Shown here: positions 1 to 11,167 of the stretch, piece by piece
Layout: every line of letters starts with the position of its first letter
How positions within the stretch are numbered: position 1 is the stretch's first letter
Source of the DNA: Selaginella moellendorffii
Taxonomy: Eukaryota > Plantae > Lycopodiophyta
Length of the DNA: 64,000 nt
Direction: 5' to 3'
NCBI RefSeq assembly: GCF_000143415.4
Contig: NW_003314374.1
Span: forward strand, 1 to 64,000
Position numbers and translations under genes: made by a program
The notes under the pieces: generated by a model
Seen by the model: the letters and a program-made list of their open reading frames with translations, nothing else
Database searches by the model: none
Told to the model about the DNA's origin: nothing

Positions 1-202
1 TTGGGAGGGATTGGGATCTGTGGATGGAAGGCTAACTCTCCGTTGCTCGTGCAGTGAGTAGTTGAAACCACAGTAGGACCAAGTAGGAGCTGGTACAATA
101 TGCGAGAACCTTGGTGAGGGAACTTCGCACAAGCCAAGGCAGTGTTGGTCGGATAGACGAGATAAGCTGGCAAATTGGAAAGGAAAAATTTGTGGCTTAT
201 AC
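1..202 (+). mobile_element. 3' end of an LTR, same family as the LTR at 59570-60935
   Basis: ggatggaaggctaactctccgttgctcgtgcagtgagtag and gctggcaaattggaaaggaaaaatttgtggcttataca align with ~60755-60935. Confidence 0.6.
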
Positions 203-399
203 ACAAAAGTTATGATAACGAAGGTGTTTGGTAGACATGGTAAACTATCATTTAGTGAATATTGAGGGATCAAGCTTAATATTTCAGGAGTTCCCAATAC
301 TAGCAAGTGCAAGTTAACGAATGAGTTTCTTTAACCAGATCAAGTGCACATGTGAAGACCAATTTCTTAACTAGCTTAGGCAGAGACTAATAATGGGTG

Positions 400-930
400 T
401 AACAATACCCACCTCTTGCCGTTATGGCAGTAAAGAAAGAATATCTGAAAGTACTAACTAACAAGTAACTTTCAATACCCGAAGTCATATTTGTGATATT
501 GAGGTTGAGTATATCATATTAACAATAGGATACAAGGAGGCAATTTAGCTCAAATACTTGCTAAAAGACTTTGGGCATCCACAATCATTGGACAATGTGA
601 CAACATAAACAACATAATGATAATGTAGAATTTAATTTTCCACAATCGCAACAAGCAATCATAATAAGCATATTCTTGTGCAATTCCATTATATGTGAGA
701 ATAGGTCAACACAGGAGTGATATTATCATCACCAAGCCCCTCAATGATCTTTATACATATGATCATATTTGAGGCTGAGTATATCACCTTAACAACAGGC
801 TACAAAGAGGTAGTTTAGCTCAAATACTTGCTAAAAGACTTTGGGCATCCACAATCATTGGACAATGTGACAACATAAACAACATAATGATGATGTAGAA
901 TTTAGCTTTCCATAATTGCAACAAACAATC
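400..930 (+). mobile_element. Degenerate Ty1/Copia RNase H remnant with an internal ~270-bp-offset duplication
   Basis: Translates to E[V/A]EYIxLTxGYKE[A/V]x*LKYLLKDFG twice (~500 and ~770) and KHILVQFHY (~667), matching Copia EAEYIA..KEA.WL and KHID..YH motifs; contains stops. Confidence 0.75.
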
Positions 931-1794
931 ACAATAGCCCATGACAAGTTGCCTTTTGTCACTTGCCCAAACTCAACCCCTTATAACCCAACCCAACCCA
1001 AACTCAGGACCTTGGGTGTTGGAGCACTAGGTGCCCAAGGTCAGGTTTATGATCAATATAAGAAAAATTGTAAAATATTTCTAGCAAAATTTTGTGATAG
1101 AATTCTTAGTTGAATGTTTCTAATTTTAACTTCAATTTTAACAAACCTCACATTTTGATTGAATTTAAAACCCCTATATTCAACAGCAGCCTTGGGTTCT
1201 TTGTGATGTACCAACATCGAACACTTGACAAAGTGATAGAACTTCCATGGGGTGAGCCTGAGTGAAGAAAAGAACTAGCTTCTATGCCTCTAAGTAGGTA
1301 TCCATCTAGCACTACCTGGTCAAAATCCCATTCTAGAACCTGTAATGCAGCAGTGTCTCCAAAAATTTATTCAAGAGCCCAAACTATTTACAGTTGCACC
1401 TCCAGAAGTTTCCTGCCTGGTCCCTTGTCCTTTAATGTTTGGCATGGCAAAGTTTCAAAGCACTTGAGTAGTGTTTGTAATAAATGAACAAAACAACAAG
1501 AAAATCCACCGTACCTTGATACTTTTTGTCCCCATGAAAGAAGAAACGAAATCGGAACTCCTGTTACTCTTGCCATTTAATTATAATTGTATATAAACAT
1601 CAACTTTTCAAGCAATCGTTGAGGTCCTGACAGAATAAAATGGAAAATATAACATAAAACCAAAGTGCAAAGCACATGTAAGCTTTATCTTTTTGATCCA
1701 GGGATTCATGCCTCTGAAGATAAAGCACTTGAGGAACAACATTTTTTTCAGTCTTTATTTCTATTATGTTGAATCCAGGGACAACATGAAGCTT

Positions 1795-2082
1795 TCTACT
1801 TCTTGTAATAAGCTGGTGGAGGTGGCTACGTACTTGCAGGTGGTGGAGCCTTGTACTTGTAATATGGTGGTGGTGGAGACTCGTACTTGTAATAAGGAGG
1901 AGGTGGCAGGACTTGTACTTCTAGTAAGGAGGTGGTGGAGACTCGTATGTGGTGGCAGAGACTCATACTTAGGCAGTGGATACTTACATGGGAGACTCAT
2001 ACTTGAAATAAGGAGGCAGTGGAGATTTAGTAATATGGAGGAGGTGGTGGCGATTCAACTTGTATGGTGGTGGAGGCAGCGA
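1795..2082 (-). repeat. Decayed extensin repeats downstream of the current stop codon
   Basis: Frameshifted YYKYESPPPP-type units continue past TAG 2083 and end in YYKK-TAG near 1797. Confidence 0.8.
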
Positions 2083-2754
2083 CTAATACTTGGATGGAGG
2101 GGGTGGTGGCGATTCATACTTGTATGGTGGTGGTGGTGGTGACTCATACTTGTATGGCGGTGGTGGTGGACTCTCATACTTGTATGGTGGCGGTGGTGGT
2201 GACTCATACTTGTATGGAGGGGGTGGCGGCGACTCATACTTGTATGGTGGCGGCGGTGGCGACTCATACTTGTATGGCGGCGGCGGCGGACTCTCATACT
2301 TGTATGGAGGGGGTGGTGGCGATTCATACTTGTATGGTGGCGGCGGTGGCGACTCATACTTGTATGGCGGCGGCGGTGGACTCTCATACTTGTATGGTGG
2401 CGGTGGTGGCGACTCATACTTGTATGGAGGCGATTCATACTTGTAGTATGGTGGTGGTGGGGATTTGTAGTAGTAGTGTGGCGGTGGCGGAGATTCATGC
2501 TTGTAAGGAGGTGATTCATACTTGTAGTATGGTGGTGGTGAGGATTTGTAGTAGTATGGTGGTGGAGGGGAAACATACTTGTAGTATGGGGGTGCAGGGG
2601 ATTCATACTTGTAATAAGGGGGAGGTGGAGGTGACAAATATTTGTAGAAGTCTGGCATTGGAGGGAAGGAAAAATCAAATGCCTGAACCTGGCTGCTTCT
2701 CAACAGCACAAGAGCAGCAGCCAGCAGGGCCATTGCAAAATGGCAGCTGCCCAT
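2083..2754 (-). CDS. Extensin (hydroxyproline-rich cell-wall glycoprotein)
   Basis: Signal peptide followed by SPPPPPYKYE 30-bp repeats with YKY/YYYK isodityrosine cross-linking motifs. Confidence 0.95.
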   Translation of the reverse strand: MGSCHFAMALLAAALVLLRSSQVQAFDFSFPPMPDFYKYLSPPPPPYYKYESPAPPYYKYVSPPPPYYYKSSPPPYYKYESPPYKHESPPPPHYYYKSPPPPYYKYESPPYKYESPPPPPYKYESPPPPPYKYESPPPPPYKYESPPPPPYKYESPPPPPYKYESPPPPPYKYESPPPPPYKYESPPPPPYKYESPPPPPYKYESPPPPPYKYESPPPPPSKY

Positions 2755-3444
2755 CCTCTACCTATCAAAATCCCTTGGATTTCCTTCTTTCCAATCTATT
2801 CAAGCCCAGCTCCAAAGCCCTCAAGTTGTCGTTCCCGTCTCTTCTTTCCTTTTTTCTGCCCTTTTGTGTGCTTGGAGCTCGAGCTTTTAAAGCATTCTTG
2901 AGAGAAAAAGAGGAGATCGGGTCAATTGCGAGAAAAGATCAACACGTCCTAAACCCATGGCCATTTCCTTAGAGATGATATAAGGCTGCACTAAGCACAG
3001 TTGAACAAGCGCTTCTCAACAAAAACACACAAAGAAGACTTCAGCGTTTGCCCGGAAATATTGTCAATTTGTCTTTGATTCTTAAAAAAAGGAAGGATTC
3101 CTTGCTACAGCTTTGGCTGAATTTTTCTCCAGATCTAAACTCGATATGGCATAGAACACCACAATAAAATCCCATTGACAAACACACCAACACGCAAACA
3201 CTATTTCGTCACTGACGAAATTGATCGCCTTTGAATGGGCCTGACTCAAGCTTTGATCATCAGAAGGAACGTGTCTTCTAAAGTCACAGGAAAAAGAAAA
3301 AGATGAAAAAGAGATTAGCCACTGGTGAGAAAAACGTAAGAGCTCATCTTGATCCCTGTAGGTTTCCAGGAGTTAAAAGAAACCATGGGCTTTTGTCCTG
3401 CCCGCTTTGTTGTCGGGCTCCACAACTTTGTATACCTTATGTCG

Positions 3445-3870
3445 CAAAGGAAACATGAAAGCCTCGTAAGCTTTCCCGTTATCGTCCACCTTGACATCCA
3501 CCATGAGAAGTCTTTCGATCGCCATGCCATTTTCTATCCCTGTCGAAGACACAGAAGAAGAGATCCAACCGGACCCCGATCCTGTGACAAATCCCGTTGT
3601 TGTCGCATCTAAACTTTAAATATTCCATCAGCATATTCTGTAAAAAGATGTCCAACGCTGACACGGACCTCTGGAACAGGATTTGCCATCACCTTCGGGC
3701 TTCTTCCGTGTCTTCGACAGCGACGGAAAGTGGCGTGACGATTAACGGAGCTGTGGATGTCGAGTATCCGCTCATTGACGACAGCCGCATTTCTCCCGGT
3801 GCCTCACGGTGGATGTCAAGGTGGACAAAAATGGGAAAACTTACGAGGCTTTCATGTTTGCGGGACACAT
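3445..3870. repeat. Inverted repeat built from two DUF4419 C-terminal fragments (potential hairpin)
   Basis: 3451-3505 pairs with the reverse complement of ~3805-3860; 3540-3559 with ~3701-3720; ~3586-3598 with ~3675-3687. Confidence 0.8.
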
Positions 3871-4039
3871 GGGATAAGCCAGACGTGGATTCTTTTAGCT
3901 CCGTGAAAACCTGCAAGTTTTGGGGTGAGCTCTTACAATTTTTCTCATCAGTGACTGTGGCTAGTCTCTTTCTTTCTTTTCCTTTCCCCGGCTGCGACTT
4001 TGGCTTTTGGTGATCAAAGCTTGAGTCAGGCCCGACGAT

Positions 4040-4620
4040 CATTGCGAGTATCAGGTGTTTGAAAAGTGGGATAGATGGAAAACTATTTGTGGAGGTGGAT
4101 ATGTGCCAATGTATTATTGAGGCTACGGAACTTTTCTTGGAATCGAGAGGCCTCTCCACGAACTGCGCAGATGAGCATGACGTTACAATTTTCAGCTCGT
4201 CCTCTCGGATCGATTTCCTCCCAGTAGAAGAAACCGAGTTCGTAGCTATAGTAATCACCACCATGGCCCGAGAAAGGAAAGTTTACAAAGAAAAAGAGAC
4301 AAATCCATGTAGCTCTTGTACGTGGCCGTGAGAATACGCTCCCAACGATCATCGTTCGCATAATCGGTGCTGTGGAGCACCGTCACTGGGACAATGGAGA
4401 AAAACCAGCTCCTTCTTGCCCCGTGAACAAAATCGATTGCAGCTCCTCGGCGCCGTTGAAACAATCCAAGCTGGACAGATATGGATTTGTCTATGGCAGC
4501 CATTCGTGTGCGTCGATGCTGGTGCCCTGCACCTTCTCCTGGAAATTCTTTTAATTCTTCATACTTCCTCCTCTCCTTCAAATGAATCTGGGAGATTTCA
4601 AGAGCCTTGACCTCATAAAT
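4040..4620 (-). pseudogene. Highly degenerate DUF4419-like copy C
   Basis: Fragments GTSIDA, ISVQLG, VLHSTDY and YWEEID match copy A across several frameshifts and deletions. Confidence 0.7.
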
Positions 4621-5029
4621 TTCATAATATCGAGTCGATTGATCACCTTTGCCCAATCCTTTTGACGTCCTTGTAAACTGTGAGTACTGCCGCTCCATCT
4701 TCGCAGTATCATGTCATCTCTTCTCAATCTTTTCAGCGGATGAAATCACCTATTATTGTCAAAGAGGTAAAACGAAGAGATCCAACCGAAAGTGTTCCTC
4801 CATAGCGATTAAAATCTTGATCCAAAACTCCGTGCCGCTTCTTTCATTTATTTTTGAAATTTAGTTCAGGGATGGAATAATCTCATATATTTGAGGCAAG
4901 CTAAAAGCAGGGCCTGTAATCACAAAATGACGAACGCCTCTAACTGGATGGGCATGTTTAAAGAACTTACCACAGCAAAGGAGTACAAGCAACTTAGAGA
5001 TCAACCAGTCTGGAAAATAACTACATAAA

Positions 5030-6126
5030 ACGTCTATATCCCAGACACTATTTGGAGCAATCCCTTTCTCGTCATCCTGGGCGATCACGTATCCCATATG
5101 TCCCGCAAACATGAAAGCCTCATAAGGTCTCCCATTGTATACTGCTGCTCAAAACACACGGATACTCTCCCAGCAGCTGCACCCCAGTGTCATCGCTTCT
5201 GTTCCTGTAATCGAAGTGGCCGGTCTCGCCTGTCGAAGACGCAAAAGACTGAGATCCAGCCAGTGGTGTAGCTCGGGGAGCCTGATCCCCTCCAATCCGG
5301 TGGCAAATCCTGTTCCAAAAGTCCCTGTCCACGTTGCCTTTGCTGCTCTCTACGAACTGGGCGGTGATCTTCTTGAGCATGACGCGCCACTTCTTGCAAA
5401 TTTCGCCATACTTGTCCAGCTCGTCCACTCTCCGATCGATTTCCTCCCAGTCCTCGGTTGTTCCCAGAAGAGTCACGAAAGGGATCCCACACATTAGACG
5501 AAAGCTGGGAAAAAGATCACAAACAAGATCTTAGAACACAACGTTGAGCACTAAATCATGTAGAAACACAATTATCAAACACACTATGATGCAAAAGGAG
5601 CCACAAGCTTGAAAGCCAATCCACTTACGTGTATTCGAAGTAGCTCTTGAAGGTGGTCATGAGAACCACACTGCCCACCACCACAACATTCTTGGTCGTG
5701 GTCGAGATCCAGTCACAGACCTTCTCGTCCTTGACATTCTTCTTGAGCTCCCTCGCCAGGAGCCCATAGTCGGCGCTGTGGAGCGCGGCCGCCTGGGACA
5801 CAACCAGCTCCTTCTTGCCCTTGTGATCAATGAAGATCGATTGCAGTGCCTCGGCGTTGCCATTGACAAAGGATCCAAACTGGACGGCGATGGCGAGCCA
5901 CACATCCCCGGGCCGAATTACCAGATTATGGTGGGCGCTGTAAGCTCTGATGGCGCACGCCACAAAGCCATTCTTCGCTGGATGGAAGGCGCTCGCGTCG
6001 ACGCTTAGTACCCTGCAACACTTTGTAGCAGCCCTCCTCCTGGTAATCCCTGAATTCCTCCAAGAAATGGCCGCTCTTGGGCTGGGATCTCGGCAGCTTG
6101 GCCGGCTCATTCTTAAACGGCACCAT
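5030..6126 (-). pseudogene. DUF4419-like copy B, frameshifted
   Basis: ATG 6126, highly similar to copy A; +1 insertion near 6005 (GGTACTAAGCGTC vs GGCACCAGTGTC), deletions, further frameshift near 5285; same intron with a GT donor at 5628. Confidence 0.85.
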
Positions 6127-6258
6127 TCTCGAGTTCTAGGGTTTATATATTTTAGAAACTTTAAATTCTAAATCTAGAATTTCTTAAAATCCACACCATT
6201 ACATCATACAAGCAACACGTTTTTTTATTGAAATCGAGTCGATTGATCAGCAGCTCGA

Positions 6259-7563
6259 TCAACCAGAAGAACCAGCCTGCAAAGTCCCAGAAAGAAAAAC
6301 CATGTAAAAGAAGCGCTAGAAATCGTTCATGGCTTACCTTGGCCTTCTTGAGCTTGTTCTTGAGAGTTATAGCCCAGACAACCTTGGGCGCAATCCCTTT
6401 GTCATCGTCCTGGACGATCTCGAATCCCATATGCCCCGCAAACATGAAAGTCTCGTAAGTTTTCCCGTTGTCGTCCACCTTGACATCCACCGTGAGGTAG
6501 CCGGAAGCAATGCTGCCGCTCAAGATACACGGATACTCCATCTTCGCAGTGTTATCTCGTCCCAATCTTCTGACCGGATGAACTTCAGGAACATCACCCT
6601 GCCATTCGCCCTTCTTGTCGAAGACGCAAAACGCAGAGATCCAACCGGAAGTGTAACTCGGGCCTGATCCTCCTCCATAGTGGTGGCAAATCTTGTTCCA
6701 AAACTCCGTGTCAACGTTGCCTTTGCTGCTCTCTACGAACTGAGCAGTGATTTTCTTGAGCATGACGCGCCACTTCTTGCAATTCTCACCATACTTGTCC
6801 AGCTCGTCCACTCTCCGATCAATTTCCTCCCAGTCCTCGGTTGTTCCCAGAAGAGTCACGAAAGGGATCCCGCAGGCTAGACGAAACCTGGAACAATACA
6901 AGTTGTTAGCTTTAAAGACAAGTGCTAAATCACGTAGAATCAAACATGGCCAACATGAAACCATGCGAACGCCAAAGCAAGGAAGGAAAGAATACAAAGA
7001 GCAAAAGAGGAAAAATTCATGAAGAACACTTGCCTGTATTCGAAGTAGCTCTTGAAGGTGGCCATGAGAACTACACTCCCGGCGATCACATCGTTCTTGG
7101 TCGTAGTCGAGAAGCTCGGCAAGATCCAGTCACAGACCTTCTCGTCCTTGACATTCTTCTTGAGCTCCACGCTCATCTCCCTCGCCAGGAGCCCATAGTC
7201 GGCGCTGTGGAGCGCCGCCACCTGGGACACAACCAGCTCCTTCTTGCCCTCGTGATCCACAAAGATGGATCGCAGAGCCTCGGCATTGCCGTCGACGAAG
7301 AATCCAAACTGTACAGCGATGGCGAGCCACACATCGTCTGGCCGGATCACCAGATTGTGGTGGCAGCTGTAAGCTCTGATCACGCTCGTGACGAAGCCAT
7401 TCTTCACCGGATGGAAGGCGCTCGCGTCGACACTGGTGCCCTGCAACACCTGGTAGCAGCCCTCCTGCTGGAAATCCTTGAATCCCTCCAGGAAATGGCC
7501 GTGCTTGGGCGTGGATCTCGGCACCACGGCCGGCTCCTTCTCGGAAACCCTAAATGTCACCAT
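6259..7563 (-). CDS. DUF4419-like protein, intact copy A (~365 aa; exons 7563-7034, 6887-6338, 6276-6259)
   Basis: Motifs NGFV..AYSxHHNLVIRPDDVWLAI, HEGKKEL, CGIPFVTLLGTTEDW and GGGSGPSYTSGW recognised as DUF4419; splicing keeps the frame (first intron GC-AG). Confidence 0.85.
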
Positions 7564-7743
7564 TCCCTCCTCCGTCTCGAGGTTGCGTCTCGAGCTTGTA
7601 TAAGGAAATTTTAAACTCTTAAAAGATTCCAAAAGATTCCAAGAGCGTTTAATTGGTTGTCTATTTACACTAGAACAAGTTCTTGAGGAAACTTTGAGAG
7701 ATTTCTCTCTGGATATCTTCTTCGATCGTCCGCCGCCACGCGA

Positions 7744-9586
7744 TCAGCACAAGAGTCTTCGCGCAGCCCTGTTATACCTGGAAACGTCCGACCTCATGCT
7801 CTTGCACGCCTTCTCCAGCTCTCCAACCTTAAAATGGATTTGATCCAGATCGGTGCGGAGGAGCTCGTGTGTTCCAGCGCTTTGATCCGGGATGTCCGAC
7901 TGCGTTCTTCGGTGGCTTCCACCTCTCGAGCCCCTGTGGTCCGATCTGACGATGCATTCTCGAAGCCGGCCCTGCTGGAACGCGAGAACTTCCAGCACGA
8001 ACTTTGACGGCAGCCTCGGGTTCTTTGCGATGTGCTTGCATGCATCGAGCGAGAGCTTTCCAACATCCAGCACCTGACAAAGGGATAGAACTTCCGCGCT
8101 CATCACGTCGGGATGTGCCTGAGTGAAGAAAGAACAGAGAAATGCTTATTAGCTGTCGAAAGAGAGAACTTAGAGACGTAGATACCTCTAAGTAGGAGTC
8201 CACCGCTCGGTAGAGGCCATCGTGAGTCCACCTCGCTGACGCTGGTAGCGCTTGCGCAAGCCTGCGAAACCTGTGTACTTTCAAGCTTGTGTCCGGGGCA
8301 ATCTCCGCGAGGTAAGTGTCGATCAAGTCTCCGACTCTAGTCACTGGCGTCTCCATCACTGCTGCGTCGTCTCCCGGTGGATTTTGCTGCTTGAGACACA
8401 GAGCTCCCCTCGAGTCCTGCTCCCGGAAGAAGTACTCCACCAGGCGGATGACCAAGTCGACGTCGAAGAGCGAGCCGGAGCGGGGATACAAAGGCAGCAG
8501 GATGCTGTCTAGATTCACGTCGTGTAGCTGCGAGCCGATCATCTTCTCTAGTTGCCGTTTGCACGGTTTGCTGGCGTTGAGGACGGTCGCCACTCTGAGC
8601 ATGATGAAGAGAGACCGACAGGATGTAGACCCCCGCTCCAAGTGGAAGAAGAGGTTGACAATGGCCTCGAGGACTGCTACGTGAACCTTCTTCGAGCGGT
8701 TGTGTAAAGTTTCTTCGCGAGCGGACCTCAGCTTTGCAGAGAAGCCGCTGTAGAGATGGAGAGGGACAGCAGTCTTCAAGTAGTGCATCAAAAACCTGGC
8801 CAGGAGCTTGTTGTCCAAGTCGTTGTAGATCAGTGACTTGAGCAGTCTCTCCATCAGGAAAACCGAGAGCGATGAGACATCACTAAACCACCACGTCCGG
8901 CTGGGCGAAATCTTCGTTGACAGGGAAGACCTTCGAGAAATGCTGCCGCTGTGAAGCCGGTAAGAGTCTGGAGAGGAGGAGAGCGGGCTCATATCTTCCA
9001 AGCTGCTACAAATCTTCCAGGCGATGGTGTCCGCACACCTCTGGACAATATGGGTCTTCTCCGCCAGCGGCAGCACCGCGTCGCAACCTTTGAGCACTGT
9101 AAGATTGCTATCCCAGTCGTTTCCCAGGTTTTGGAGATGCATCTCGGCCTGTTTAACCAAGTTTCCCCGAGCATAAGCTTCCGTCATTTCTAAAAACTCC
9201 CCAACACACCTGAGCACGGAGACGTTGGAGTTGGAGATGGCGATCCGTCCGCCATCGTAGCAGAATCTAGTGGCCAGTTCAAAGGCCTCACCCCCACCTG
9301 GAAAGTCGTGAAGAAGTATCCTAGGCAGACCACTACCATCGCTTCTTAGAGTTAAACGCCTAAATATCTTTGAGAGCCGACCAGAGTAAGCAGCGAGAGG
9401 TTTCTGTCAAACAAAGAAAAAGAGAAGAGATTCTCAGTAAAACTTCCAAAGAATCACAGAGAGGCCACAGGCTACCTGGCGTAGAAAGAATGCGTGTTCC
9501 TCGTTCACTTGGATTTCCAAGTCGCACGGAGTATAATCCATGACTCTTGGCTCTTTGCAGACGAGACGAAGATCACCGCTCTTCAT
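7744..9586 (-). CDS. BTB/POZ-NPH3 (NRL family) protein; exons 9586 (or 9541)-9476, 9403-8186, 8118-7744
   Basis: CDLEIQVN, YSGRL, FPGG.EAFELA..FCY, WWFSDVSSL, HDGLYRAVDSYLEAHP and C-terminal coiled coil; GT-AG introns in frame. Confidence 0.93.
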
Positions 9587-10581
9587 AGCTAGGCTCTTCA
9601 AGTTGGATCATAGAAGACGGGTCCTGTCACCAGATGTTTGTACAAACACTTAGATAGATTAAGAGAAACTTCTTGCAATCCAGTGCGACAAGAAGACAAG
9701 AACACACCTCCAAGCACTAGTTCCATGCAATCCCATCGAAAATTCCCACGCCCCGTCGAAAGCAAGCAACAACAGCAAGCATCCAAACCCCTGGATTCAC
9801 CGAAGACTCTTGATGATGGCTGGCCGCCGTCAGATCTCTGTCACCGAGAGGACGGAGGCGACAGGCACTGTAGCAACGAAATGGATGGAAAAACAAGCAT
9901 GAAATTCCGAGCGAGGCTTTCCTTGATTCTTGACCCGCATTGGAGAGGGATCGGCCGCTTACCAGCAATCCGGGGCCAAAGTCCCAAGCTCGCGCTCCAC
10001 CGAGCAAAATGCCATGCAAGAAACGCCGATTCCTCCCCGGCGCCTGACAATATCGAGCTTCGCGCGCGTGCGCTCTCGCGATCCTCTCGCGATCCCCTCG
10101 CCCTAACCCTACCGCTCGCCCGGAAGAACGAAATAACGCGGCCACTGCGCGCTCGAAGGAGACGAAGAAGAAGAACCAAACCAACAGTGCACGCGCGATC
10201 AAACGAAGAACCCATCACACACGTGGCAAGATTGAAATCGTCGGATTCAGCGCCGGGGAGAATCCAGGCCGCCAATCCTTAAATGGGCGCTAAAGTTTAA
10301 CGAGGATCAGCGAGTTTTAATGGCGAAGATCTCTCCATAAGAAAAGGCTGGTAAAAAACTAAGGGCGTCGGCTAGCTTGGCAAACATGGTGGTGCATGTG
10401 AGGTAAACTTTGGCGTAAAAATCATCTAAACAATGCCATGGATCGCGGCCGTATGATCCATTCTCTGCCACAACGGCATGTGATCTTCTGTCCATAGCCA
10501 GATTATTCCTCGCTGTCCTCTGGAATATTTGTTGCGTCGTCACATCGATTACTCGCAAGAAACCGTAATTCCTCCTTTATA

Positions 10582-10599
10582 GGTGTGTGTGTGTGTGTG
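10582..10599. repeat. (GT)n microsatellite
   Basis: gtgtgtgtgtgtgtgtg. Confidence 0.9.
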
Positions 10600-11167
10600 G
10601 CTGTGATCTCTGGAGGAACCCTAGAAACTTCCACCATTCCGAAGAAGAAGTTACTGTCAGTGTTAGTTGGGGTAACAGTGAGTCAAAGGTTTTTAGATTT
10701 TTTATCTTGCAAATCTTTGATCCCATTACTGCTGCTGCCACTTTGTGATGAATGGATTGATTGGAACTGGAAGTTTCATGGAGGAGAACTTAGAAGTTCA
10801 CTGTTTGACCAGTGGAAGTTACTGTTAGTGGTCAGTTCTTCTTTTGGGGTTCTTGTTTTTAAATCTTCTTGTTGCCTTGATTGATCCAAATCCACAGCTC
10901 CACTAGTGACATTGATTGGAACCCTGCGACCCCCATCGCCATCTGAATCATATCACGGTGGGCAACGCCTGACTTGCCTTTGTACCAAACAATCTATAAA
11001 GTTTTGTAAAGAAAGTGAGAAAAAAGAGAAGACTAGGAGGGCGTGCGTGCCTGATGAAAGTGTCGCGGTACCACTCCATAAAGCATCATTGTGTGTGACA
11101 GGAATCGAACCTTACAAGCATCTCTAGGCATATTCACATAGCAAGAAACAAAATGAAGGAATCTTGA

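Noticed and set aside
2055-2972. Gly-rich (GGGGGDSYLY)n, His-rich and Val/Cys-rich ORFs
   Set aside because: Antisense or alternate-frame shadows of the 30-bp extensin repeat
9638-10282. 214-aa ORF upstream of the NPH3 gene
   Set aside because: Non-ATG start, no recognisable domain; likely GC-rich promoter or 5' UTR
10640-10840. Possible MIR hairpin
   Set aside because: Only short imperfect complementarity and no recognisable mature miRNA
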